A program made the position numbers and the translations under genes. DNA of 64,000 nucleotides from Candidatus Magasanikiibacteriota bacterium. Lineage in GTDB: Bacteria; Patescibacteriota; Patescibacteriia; Magasanikbacterales; UBA922. The stretch spans positions 198,612-262,611 of the forward strand of contig JBAYVA010000001.1 of assembly GCA_041674805.1 (NCBI GenBank), read 5' to 3'. A model generated the notes under the pieces. The model was given only the letters and a program-made list of their open reading frames with translations. It was not told where the DNA came from and did no database searches. Positions 55,778-64,000 of this stretch are shown here, piece by piece (position 1 is the stretch's first letter; the number at the start of each line of letters is the position of its first letter).

Positions 55778-57040
55778 ATGTCTTTTCCTCAAAAACCTGA
55801 AAACAAAAGAACGGTTTATTTTGACCACGCTGCTACTACTTATGTGGCTCCAGAAGTTGTCAAAGAAATGATGCCTTATTTTTCAGATATTTATGCCAAT
55901 CCTTCTGGTTTGTATGCAATTGGACGTGAAGTAAACGGCGCTCTTGAAGATGCTCGTCGTCGTGTTGCTCAAATTTTGCATGCTTTGCCAGATACCATAT
56001 TTTTTACTGGTGGCGGTACTGAGTCAGACAATATGGCTATTTTTGGTGTAGTTCGTAAACACGAAAAAAATGGTAAACATATTATTACTACCAAAATTGA
56101 ACATCATGCAGTTCTATATCCTTTTGAATATTTAGAAAAACAAGGATTTGAAGTGACTTATTTGGAAACCGATGAATTTGGTTTTGTTAGTGCCAAACAA
56201 GTCAAAGAAGCTCTTCGTGCTGATACAATTCTTATTTCCATAATGTATGCAAATAATGAAATAGGAACTGTAGAACCTATTGCCGAAATTGGTCGTGAAC
56301 TTTTGAAATGGAGAAAAGAAAATAATACTAAATATCCATATTTTCATACTGATGCTTGTCAAGCTGCTGGTGCTTTTGATCTTGATGTTGAAAAGTTGCA
56401 TGTAGATTTCATGACAATCAATGCCAGCAAAATTTATGGTCCAAAAGGTGTTGGTATTCTTTATAAACATAGAAACGTAAGTATAGAAGCTATTGTTTTT
56501 GGTGGAGGACAAGAAAGAGGTTTACGTTCTGGTACAGAAAATGTTCCTGGCATTGTCGGCTTTGCCAAAGCTCTAGAACTAGCACAAGAAAATAGGGAAG
56601 TGGAAAATAATAGACTAACTGAACTTCGTAATTATTTTTGGGATAGACTTGAAAAAGAAATTCCTAAAGTAAGATTAAATGGACCCTTATTAAATAAGCC
56701 AGAATTACGTTTACCAAATAATTTGAATGTTTCAATTTTAGATATTGAAGGTGAAGCTCTTTTGCTTTATTTAGACGAGTATGGAATTGTTTGTTCTACT
56801 GGTTCTGCTTGTACTTCTGAGTCACTTGATCCATCTCATGTTTTGCTTGCTTGTGGCTTGCCTTATGAATATGCTCACGGTAGTCTACGTTTTACACTTG
56901 GCAAAAGAACAACAAAAGAAGATGTGGATTATGCTATGACATATTTACCTGGAATTGTGGAGATTTTAAGAAAAATTTCACCGGTAAATTTGAAAATGGA
57001 TGTTAAGGAAAATACTCATCCTCAATATCACCAACGGTAA
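55778..57040 (+). CDS. iscS: Cysteine desulfurase (IscS/NifS type)
   Basis: YFDHAATT, EHHAV, HTDACQ, SKIYGPKG, RSGTEN and STGSACTS motifs. Confidence 0.93.
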   Translation: MSFPQKPENKRTVYFDHAATTYVAPEVVKEMMPYFSDIYANPSGLYAIGREVNGALEDARRRVAQILHALPDTIFFTGGGTESDNMAIFGVVRKHEKNGKHIITTKIEHHAVLYPFEYLEKQGFEVTYLETDEFGFVSAKQVKEALRADTILISIMYANNEIGTVEPIAEIGRELLKWRKENNTKYPYFHTDACQAAGAFDLDVEKLHVDFMTINASKIYGPKGVGILYKHRNVSIEAIVFGGGQERGLRSGTENVPGIVGFAKALELAQENREVENNRLTELRNYFWDRLEKEIPKVRLNGPLLNKPELRLPNNLNVSILDIEGEALLLYLDEYGIVCSTGSACTSESLDPSHVLLACGLPYEYAHGSLRFTLGKRTTKEDVDYAMTYLPGIVEILRKISPVNLKMDVKENTHPQYHQR

Positions 57041-57115
57041 ACAATTCGGATATACGGATAATACGGATGTAAACTACGGAATAAAATATTTGTGTTATTT
57101 TTTAATTAAAAAAAT

Positions 57116-57784
57116 ATGACAGACAACACTCAAAACTCAGGCGCAAAAATTCAAGATAAACAAGGTAATACTTGGCTCTATTCAGATACAGTAAAAGATC
57201 ATTTCTTCAATCCACGCAATATTCTTTTTTCTGGCGAAGAAGATAAATATGATGCTGATGCTACAGGACGTGTTGGTTCTCCAGCTTGTGGCGACGAGAT
57301 GGTCATTTGGTTGAAAATTGATCCAAAAACTGAAAAAATAATAGAATGCAAATGGCAAACTTTTGGTTGTGGTAGTGCAATTGCTTCTACCTCTATGCTT
57401 TCGGTTATGCTTTCTGAAAATGGGGGAATGACTCTTGAACAAGCTTTGAAAATAAAGCCTCAGCATATTATGGAACGTCTTGGTGGTTTGCCAAATAGAA
57501 AAATTCATTGTTCAGTCTTAGGTGACAAAGCTTTGCAAGCTGCTATCAATGATTGGTACCGAAAAACTGGTCAACATAACAAGATTATTACTACAGGTGC
57601 CAAAATTATTGATAAAGAATTAAATATTACTGATCATGATATTGAAGAAGCCGTTCTTGAAGGTGCTAAAACTCTTGAAGATGTACAGAAAAAATTAAAA
57701 GTAGGTGTAGCAACTCCGGAAGCAATTCCAGAAATTGAACAGTTGATTAGGTTTTATTCGGAGAAATATTATGGAGCAGAGTAA
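57116..57784 (+). CDS. iscU: Fe-S scaffold IscU/NifU-N with C-terminal BFD-like domain
   Basis: DHFFNPRN, GSPACGD, FGCGSAIAS and KIHCS motifs. Confidence 0.85.
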   Translation: MTDNTQNSGAKIQDKQGNTWLYSDTVKDHFFNPRNILFSGEEDKYDADATGRVGSPACGDEMVIWLKIDPKTEKIIECKWQTFGCGSAIASTSMLSVMLSENGGMTLEQALKIKPQHIMERLGGLPNRKIHCSVLGDKALQAAINDWYRKTGQHNKIITTGAKIIDKELNITDHDIEEAVLEGAKTLEDVQKKLKVGVATPEAIPEIEQLIRFYSEKYYGAE

Positions 57785-57892
57785 TAATTTAGAAATTTTA
57801 AATTTCGAATTTTAATTTATCGGCCTTAAGTGAAAACAATTTAAAATTTATCCAGATTTATCGGGACTAAATTTAAAATTATAAACTTGTTT

Positions 57893-58183
57893 ATGAAATT
57901 AACCAAAGATTTAATTATAAAACAATTAGAAACCGTCATCGACCCTCACATTGGCCTAGATATTTGGACGCTTGGTTTTATTTACGAAATAAATATCAAG
58001 GATGATAAAAGTGTTCATATTTTGATGACTTTGACTACTCCAATGTGTCCACTTGATGGTGATATCAAAGATATGATAAAAGATGCTTTGGCTGAAATTG
58101 GTGTAGAAAATGTAGAAGTAGAGAAAACTTTTGATCCACCTTGGACTCCTCCGGAGGCTTTGCGTCGAATGATGAGTATTTAG
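57893..58183 (+). CDS. SufT/DUF59 Fe-S maturation factor
   Basis: VIDPHIGLDIWTLG...MTLTTPMCP...FDPPW. Confidence 0.88.
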   Translation: MKLTKDLIIKQLETVIDPHIGLDIWTLGFIYEINIKDDKSVHILMTLTTPMCPLDGDIKDMIKDALAEIGVENVEVEKTFDPPWTPPEALRRMMSI

Positions 58184-58316
58184 CACAAATACCACAAATA
58201 CTAGACGAATAACACAAATGTGATTTTAGTTATTTGTGTGGATTCGTTAATATTTGTGTTATCCCCAGCTATTTAAATGTTACAAACAAAAAATAAGTAA
58301 AATCTTTTAAACAAGT

Positions 58317-58616
58317 ATGGAAGTAAAAAAAATAGAAGTTTGTTGTGGAGGAACTTGTCTTGGTAGAAAGTCTGATCAAATATTTGACTATTTACAAAAT
58401 GAATACAAAGATACAGATACTGCCGTTCATATGTGTAGTTGTTTAGGTCGTTGCAAAAAAGGACCAAACATTTTAGTTGATGATGAAAAAGTTTATCATT
58501 ACAGCAAAATCCGAACTATCAAAGAACGTATTGAAAATAATGAAGGAGAACAGTATAATAGATATGATAATGAAGATAAACTTGACTTAGCAAGTGATTT
58601 TTTGGGGGATCTATAA
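58317..58616 (+). CDS. Thioredoxin-like [2Fe-2S] ferredoxin
   Basis: VCCGGTC...CLGRCKKGPN. Confidence 0.82.
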   Translation: MEVKKIEVCCGGTCLGRKSDQIFDYLQNEYKDTDTAVHMCSCLGRCKKGPNILVDDEKVYHYSKIRTIKERIENNEGEQYNRYDNEDKLDLASDFLGDL

Positions 58617-58666
58617 ATAAAATAACAAATTTCAAAATTCAAATTACAAATAATTTTTAATAAAAT

Positions 58667-58969
58667 ATGGAAGAAAAAGAACCAAAAATGCCAATAAACT
58701 TTGATACTTTACCAGAAGATATTTCTATGAAAATTAGAGCTGGTGGTAAGATTCGACGCATTGTCGTGGATAGAGAAGCCTGTATTGGCGCTCAATCTTG
58801 CGTTGTTGTTGCCCCAGGAGTATTTCAAATGGATGATGACAACTTAGCTTATGTAACAGATCCAAATGGTGAAGATGAAGATACTGTCATGCTTGGTGCT
58901 CAATCTTGTCCTGTATTAGCTGTTCATCTTTATGATGAAGATGGAAATCAGATTTTTCCTGAAGAATAA
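58667..58969 (+). CDS. Ferredoxin (single cluster, probably [3Fe-4S])
   Basis: CIGAQSC...AQSCPV (CxxAxxC...CP). Confidence 0.85.
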   Translation: MEEKEPKMPINFDTLPEDISMKIRAGGKIRRIVVDREACIGAQSCVVVAPGVFQMDDDNLAYVTDPNGEDEDTVMLGAQSCPVLAVHLYDEDGNQIFPEE

Positions 58970-59033
58970 TTTTCATTAAAACAAAAAACATTGCAACATA
59001 AAAACACCTGTGAAAGGTGTTTTTTTATTGAGT

Positions 59034-59765
59034 TTATCTTTTAATACCTATTAATATCAAGATTAATATAAGAACCAAAATACTAAACAGAAAAAGACCT
59101 AGGCCCCAGCGATCCCATTTTTTTTGTTTTTCCAAAAAGTACTCTACACTTGGCCACTTGTCATTTTTCCAGGCCCATTCTCTTCCTCGTACTCCCATCA
59201 CAATCCACCAAATATAATTTACTAGTGGTATAAAGGATAAAAAAGAAATCCAGACATTATGATAAGAACCCCATATCCAACTAAAAAACATTGCACCCCA
59301 ACTCCAACCTCTTATTTCTGGTGGAATTTCAGAATCATGTTTTTTACCAGATCTCTCATCATATTGCATATTTGGGTTCAATTCTTTTTTTGCTAAATAA
59401 ACAATACCAAGAGGTATCCCAACAAGAATACAAACAGTAGCTACTAAACCTAGTAAGCTTAATATGAAAGTAATTATGCGAAAGACTATTACATACACAG
59501 AGGAAGTATCACTTGAATTAAGAAAAAACTTTATTATTGCCCATAAAAATGGTATTAAAAATAATGAAATTATGGGTACTATGATCCACAATAAACCAAT
59601 CACTTTGTTTCTTTTACTTTTTATATACCAATCACTATCAGTATTTATTGTAGCAGGTGGGGTAGGGATGTTATCAGTTTTTTCATGTTGTTTTAGTGTA
59701 TTATTACATCTTGGACAAATTGAAATATCACTTTTTATTTCTTCATCACAATGATTACATTGCAT
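59034..59765 (-). CDS. Zinc-ribbon membrane protein
   Basis: CNHC...CPRC; WSWGAMFFSWIWG...GREWAW...QKKW. Confidence 0.72.
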   Translation of the reverse strand: MQCNHCDEEIKSDISICPRCNNTLKQHEKTDNIPTPPATINTDSDWYIKSKRNKVIGLLWIIVPIISLFLIPFLWAIIKFFLNSSDTSSVYVIVFRIITFILSLLGLVATVCILVGIPLGIVYLAKKELNPNMQYDERSGKKHDSEIPPEIRGWSWGAMFFSWIWGSYHNVWISFLSFIPLVNYIWWIVMGVRGREWAWKNDKWPSVEYFLEKQKKWDRWGLGLFLFSILVLILILILIGIKR

Positions 59766-59837
59766 ATGATTGATTTTAAAATAAATAAAATATGATTATA
59801 TAATATCTTAGAATTAATTTTTTTGCAAATTTAAAAC

Positions 59838-59869
59838 AAAAAACCAACTTGTAATAAAGTTGGTTTTTT
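59838..59869 (-). terminator. Intrinsic terminator of clpB
   Basis: AAAAAACCAACTT-N7-AAGTTGGTTTTTT. Confidence 0.78.
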
Positions 59870-59891
59870 ACCCTTTTCCAAAATTGGTTTT

Positions 59892-59936
59892 AGCCTTTCC
59901 AGCGTAGACGGGTCCGCCTTGGGTGGACAGGCCTTT
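59892..59936. repeat. 45-bp element, inverted copy (3' of clpB)
   Basis: Reverse complement matches 62607-62651 at 41 of 45 positions. Confidence 0.9.
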
Positions 59937-59962
59937 TTGGCCTTTCTAGCATTTCAAGCCTT

Positions 59963-62602
59963 TTAGGCCTTTATATCAATCTCACCCTTCACCACTTCAA
60001 TCTTCACCTCACTACCTTCATGAATCTTTTTTTCTACTATTTGCATAGCTAATTTATTGAGAAGCTCTGTCTGAAGTACACGTTTTAGAGGACGTGCTCC
60101 AAGATTTTCATCAAAACCTTTTTTGGCCAGCCAATCTTTGGCTTTGTTAGAAATCTTGATAGAAATTTTTTGTTTTTTGAGACGTTTTTCAATTGCCAAA
60201 ATTTGTAAATCTACTATTTGACGAATTTGTTTTTCGTTTAGAGAATGGAAAACAATGATGTCATCGATACGATTCAAAAATTCTGGTTTGAATTGTTCTT
60301 TTAGAGCTGACATGACAGCCTTATTTACTTTATTATTATTTTTATCTTTGTCTTTTTTATTGTCACTAGTTTCAAAACCAAATTCTCCTTTTTTACCCAT
60401 AGACATAATAATATCACTGGCAATATTACTTGTCATAATTATTACAGTATTTTTGAAATTTACTTTGCGACCTTTGGCATCTGTCAGATGTCCATCTTCT
60501 AGAATTTGGAGCATGATATTGAAAGTATCTGGGTGTGCTTTTTCTATTTCGTCAAATAGAATTACTGAATATGGTTTTCTTCGCACTATTTCTGTCAATT
60601 GTCCACCTTCATCAAAGCCAACATAGCCAGGAGGGGAGCCAATCATCTTGCTTACCGCGTGTTTTTCCATATATTCTGTCATATCTACGCGTATCAAGGC
60701 TTCTTCATCATTGAACAAGAATTCTGCCAAAGCTTTGGCTAATTCAGTTTTTCCTACACCAGTTGGACCCATGAAAATAAAAGAACCAATAGGACGTTTT
60801 TCTTCAGCAATACCAGCCCGACTACGACGAATAGCATTGGAGACGGATTGTATAGCTTCTTCTTGTCCGATGACACGTTTGGTGATTTCTTTTTCCATTT
60901 TGGCAAGTTTTATTACTTCATCTTCCAACATTTTGTTTAGTGGAATGCCTGTCCAACGAGAAACTACGCGGGCGATGTCTTCTTCTGTTACTTCTTCTTT
61001 GAGAATACTGTTTGTCTTTTGTAAATCAGCCAACTTCATTTCATATTTTTTGATAGCTTTTTCTATCATAGGAATCTTGCCATAACGAAGCTCAGCCACT
61101 TTTTGCAAGTCACCTTTACGTTCTTCTATTTCCGAGTTTTGTTTTAATTTGTCTATTTCTTTTTTATGTTCACGAATTTTGGTAATAATATCTTTTTCAT
61201 TAGTCCATTGCATTTCTATTTCTTTACTTTGATCTTTCAAATTTGCAAGTTCTTCTTTCAATTTTTGTTCACGTTCTTTACTTTCATTGTCAGTTTCTTT
61301 TTTGAGTGCTTTTAGTTCAATTTCTATTTTCATTATTTGACGTTTCATTTTGTCTAGATTGTCTGGCATTGAGTCTATTTGCATTTTTAGAGCACTAGCC
61401 GCTTCATCAATAAGATCAATCGCTTTGTCTGGCAATTGTCTGTCGCTGATATATCGATTGGAAAGTTGGACAGAAGAAACAATAGCAGGATCAGTGATTC
61501 TTACACCATGATGAATTTCATATTTTTCTTTGATACCACGCAAAATTGCGATAGCATCTTCTGTTTTTGGTTCTAGAACTAAGACTGGTTGGAAACGACG
61601 TTCAAACGCAGCATCTTTTTCAATATGTTTTTGGTATTCTTTTATAGTAGTAGCACCAACTACATGCATTTCACCACGAGCTAGGCCTGGTTTTAGCATG
61701 TTTGAAGCGTCTACAGCACCTTCAGAGCTACCAGCACCCACAATAGTGTGTAATTCATCAATAAACAAAATTATTTTGCCTTGGGCTTCTGTCACTTCTT
61801 TGATTACAGCTTTGAAACGTTCTTCAAATTCACCTCTAAATTTGGTACCAGCGAGTAGGGAACCGATGTCCAAAGAAATGATTTCTTTGTTTTTCAAATT
61901 TTCTGGTACATCTCCATTGACGATTCTTTGAGCCAAGCCTTCGACAACTGCTGTTTTACCAACGCCAGGTTCACCAATAAGCACTGGATTATTTTTTGTT
62001 CTGCGAGTAAGTACTTGCATGACACGACGAATTTCATCGTCACGACCAATCACTGGATCAAGTTTTTCTTTGCGAGCACGCTCGGTCAAATTGATGCCGT
62101 ATTTTTCCAGAGCTTGATATTTACTTTCTGGTTCAGGACTGTCGACACGTTGATTGCCACGTATGTCTTTTAGTACATTCAAAATGTCTTGGTATTGTAC
62201 TTTTTGACGAGAGAGAGCGTCGCTAATTGGGTTTTTGTTAGTCAAAAAAGCAAGAAGCAAATGTTCAACACTAATAAATTCATCGTGCATTTTTTTGGCT
62301 TCATTGTCAGCATTTTGTAAAATAAAAATCATGGCTTGGCCAAGCGTTACTTGTCCAATATTACGATTTTCCGGCATTGCTTGTTTTGGAATGGCGTTTA
62401 TCATTTCTTGAACCTCGGTTTTTAGCTGTTCAATATTGACATTTAGTTTTTTGAAAATAGAAACAACAACACCTTCACTTTGATTGAGTAAACTCAAAAA
62501 TAGGTGAGGTGGTTCTATCTGTGTTTGGCTATTTTGGGTAGCAATATTTTGCGAATTTTGAATAGCTTCTTGTGATTTGTTTGTAAAATTTTGGGGAAAC
62601 AT
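59963..62602 (-). CDS. clpB: Chaperone ClpB
   Basis: Two AAA+ modules ([16 protein letters not shown]), long coiled-coil M domain with ELRYG, and GARPL. Confidence 0.96.
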   Translation of the reverse strand: MFPQNFTNKSQEAIQNSQNIATQNSQTQIEPPHLFLSLLNQSEGVVVSIFKKLNVNIEQLKTEVQEMINAIPKQAMPENRNIGQVTLGQAMIFILQNADNEAKKMHDEFISVEHLLLAFLTNKNPISDALSRQKVQYQDILNVLKDIRGNQRVDSPEPESKYQALEKYGINLTERARKEKLDPVIGRDDEIRRVMQVLTRRTKNNPVLIGEPGVGKTAVVEGLAQRIVNGDVPENLKNKEIISLDIGSLLAGTKFRGEFEERFKAVIKEVTEAQGKIILFIDELHTIVGAGSSEGAVDASNMLKPGLARGEMHVVGATTIKEYQKHIEKDAAFERRFQPVLVLEPKTEDAIAILRGIKEKYEIHHGVRITDPAIVSSVQLSNRYISDRQLPDKAIDLIDEAASALKMQIDSMPDNLDKMKRQIMKIEIELKALKKETDNESKEREQKLKEELANLKDQSKEIEMQWTNEKDIITKIREHKKEIDKLKQNSEIEERKGDLQKVAELRYGKIPMIEKAIKKYEMKLADLQKTNSILKEEVTEEDIARVVSRWTGIPLNKMLEDEVIKLAKMEKEITKRVIGQEEAIQSVSNAIRRSRAGIAEEKRPIGSFIFMGPTGVGKTELAKALAEFLFNDEEALIRVDMTEYMEKHAVSKMIGSPPGYVGFDEGGQLTEIVRRKPYSVILFDEIEKAHPDTFNIMLQILEDGHLTDAKGRKVNFKNTVIIMTSNIASDIIMSMGKKGEFGFETSDNKKDKDKNNNKVNKAVMSALKEQFKPEFLNRIDDIIVFHSLNEKQIRQIVDLQILAIEKRLKKQKISIKISNKAKDWLAKKGFDENLGARPLKRVLQTELLNKLAMQIVEKKIHEGSEVKIEVVKGEIDIKA

Positions 62603-62606
62603 ATAT

Positions 62607-62651
62607 AAAGGCTTATCCGCCCAAGGCGGACCCGTCTACGCGGGAAAGGCT
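62607..62651. repeat. 45-bp element in the clpB 5' UTR
   Basis: AAAGGCT-TATCCGCCCAAGGCGGACCCGTCTACGCGGG-AAAGGCT. Confidence 0.9.
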
Positions 62652-62663
62652 ATTAATTTATAA

Positions 62664-62690
62664 TTATCACTCTAATAGAGTGAGTGATAA
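62664..62690. promoter_or_regulatory. CIRCE element (HrcA operator) upstream of clpB
   Basis: TTATCACTC-N9-GAGTGATAA versus consensus TTAGCACTC-N9-GAGTGCTAA. Confidence 0.85.
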
Positions 62691-62691
62691 T

Positions 62692-62719
62692 ACTATAACA
62701 TGCTGGAAAAATTTGTCAA
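62692..62719 (-). promoter_or_regulatory. Sigma70 promoter of clpB
   Basis: Minus strand TTGACA-N16-TATAGT with extended TG, immediately upstream of CIRCE. Confidence 0.7.
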
Positions 62720-62855
62720 TATGTGCTAAGATAAGACAAGTTAAGAGTTTGTAAAGTTATAAAGTTGAAAGTATTATAATCTTATTATATATTATTTTTT
62801 ACTTTATTTAAATATATTTTCTGTATAATCTTTATAAATTAATGAAAGCAGTGCT

Positions 62856-63821
62856 ATGAACAAAAAAATATTAGAACATTATTTGAAATTTGGTACATTT
62901 ACTAATCCTGGCTTTTATAAAGAGTTTTTTCAAAATCTTCCAGATAATGTCAAAGAAATAGGGAACCTGATTAGTCATCAAATAATCCATCGTGTTACTC
63001 TAAAAAATGGCAATACAAAAGTTAACAGAGATTTGCGTTATGGGGATATGGAAAAATATCCTTGGCATAGACTCAGATGTGAAGATGAAATTTTACCAAA
63101 CACTATCTCTATGGTTGCAGAATTATTAAGACTGGATGATAGAGGTTTTTTGGCAGATAGAAAAGTAGAAGATAAAATTATTGTCACATGTCGTAATGTT
63201 GCAATATTAATGGCATCAATATTAAAATCAAAAGGAATTCCATGTAGAGTTCGTTCTGGATTTTCTCCGTATTTTTTTTCTTGGAGTGGTGACCATTGGA
63301 TAAATCAGTATTGGAATAAAGATAAAAAAACGTGGATTAATTTTGATGCTGATGGATTCTTTGCTGATATGTGGGATGAAAAAAACAAAAAATGGGTAGT
63401 ATCAACAGCAGAAGGATATTTTGATAGTATAATTAGTTTTGATCAATATAATATTCCTTTTGATAAATTTGACTGGGCAGCAAATACTTGGCTTGGAATT
63501 AGAAAAAATACATTAGATGCTAATCATTTTATAAATGCTGATGGTTCTGTTGGACTTATGCCAGTTCTTTGGTCAATATTTTATGATTTTCATAGTTTGA
63601 TGAATAACGAAATTTTTTATAATCAATTGCCAAGTTATATTTATTTCAAATTTGATAAACTAACAGAAAAAGATTTCAAAGAAATTGACGAACTAGCTGA
63701 ATTAATGATAGATCCTGATAAAAATTTTGATGAATTAGTCAAAATTTGGAATACAAAAAAGAAGTTTAGAATATTGAATAGTCCTTTGATAGGAGATAGT
63801 GATCATATTATTTGGAAATAA
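62856..63821 (+). CDS. Transglutaminase-like domain protein
   Basis: Cys-His-Asp triad motifs TCRN, DHWI and NFDAD; GIPCRVRSGF. Confidence 0.82.
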   Translation: MNKKILEHYLKFGTFTNPGFYKEFFQNLPDNVKEIGNLISHQIIHRVTLKNGNTKVNRDLRYGDMEKYPWHRLRCEDEILPNTISMVAELLRLDDRGFLADRKVEDKIIVTCRNVAILMASILKSKGIPCRVRSGFSPYFFSWSGDHWINQYWNKDKKTWINFDADGFFADMWDEKNKKWVVSTAEGYFDSIISFDQYNIPFDKFDWAANTWLGIRKNTLDANHFINADGSVGLMPVLWSIFYDFHSLMNNEIFYNQLPSYIYFKFDKLTEKDFKEIDELAELMIDPDKNFDELVKIWNTKKKFRILNSPLIGDSDHIIWK

Positions 63822-63831
63822 ATTTTAATTT

Positions 63832-64000
63832 ATGTTTGAAACTGTCAAAATATTAGGAGTCAAAATAAGTAAACTAGATTTAGGTTCTAGTCGTCTTTTG
63901 ATTTCCAATTTTTTGAGTACCAAAGGTCAATACAAAGTTTTTACTCCAAATCCAGAAATGCTGGTAGATGCACAAAAAGATAGCTATTTTCGTCGAGTTT
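63832..64000 (+). CDS. WecB/TagA/CpsF-family glycosyltransferase (5' part, runs off the window)
   Basis: MFETVKILGVKISKL...VFTPNPEMLVDAQKD. Confidence 0.72.
   Translation, partial: MFETVKILGVKISKLDLGSSRLLISNFLSTKGQYKVFTPNPEMLVDAQKDSYFRRV

Noticed and set aside
60255-62173. Long plus-strand ORFs antisense to clpB
   Set aside because: Typical antisense shadows of a conserved gene, with no independent motifs.
1-64000. Alternative genetic code (UGA read as Gly, code 25)
   Set aside because: Conserved genes are intact under code 11, and TGA ends genes such as uppS and the radical SAM gene.
1-64000. Prophage, autonomous IS, integrase, reverse transcriptase or rRNA
   Set aside because: No ORF with transposase, integrase, RT or phage structural motifs and no rRNA-like sequence was recognised.

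Overview
AT-rich bacterial chromosomal window read with genetic code 11 (TGA is a stop). Gene content, mostly SD-less AT-rich leaders and GAGC-type lipoprotein signals suggest a Patescibacteria/CPR genome, possibly ABY1/Magasanikbacteria-like (inference). Housekeeping and stress genes include rpoD, sodB, galE, ahpC, a DsbA-family gene, mscL, dusB, folD, uppS, an IscR-IscS-IscU-SufT-ferredoxin Fe-S operon, an ars operon and CIRCE-controlled clpB. Main points of interest: (1) a direct-repeat-bracketed operon (22.6-27.3 kb) joining a tetraether-synthase(Tes/MJ0619)-like radical SAM enzyme, an ICMT/PEMT-family methyltransferase, a DUF4395-like protein, a divergent Lgt paralog and three paralogous membrane proteins, two with a C-terminal FG[AS]C cysteine, which may be an undescribed lipid/lipoprotein modification system; (2) a tRNA-Asn(GUU) split inside its anticodon by a 430-nt group I intron; (3) a cobalamin riboswitch controlling a DUF4430/transcobalamin-like/BtuM-like uptake operon; (4) decayed integron-like cassettes without an integrase; (5) families of short palindromes and 9-bp repeats, including a 45-bp inverted repeat bracketing clpB; (6) a cytochrome-b5-like domain inserted into an Ig domain, a Tudor-repeat lipoprotein and an unannotated GC-rich 45-aa membrane peptide gene. 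All family assignments come from motif recognition by eye; no database searches were run.
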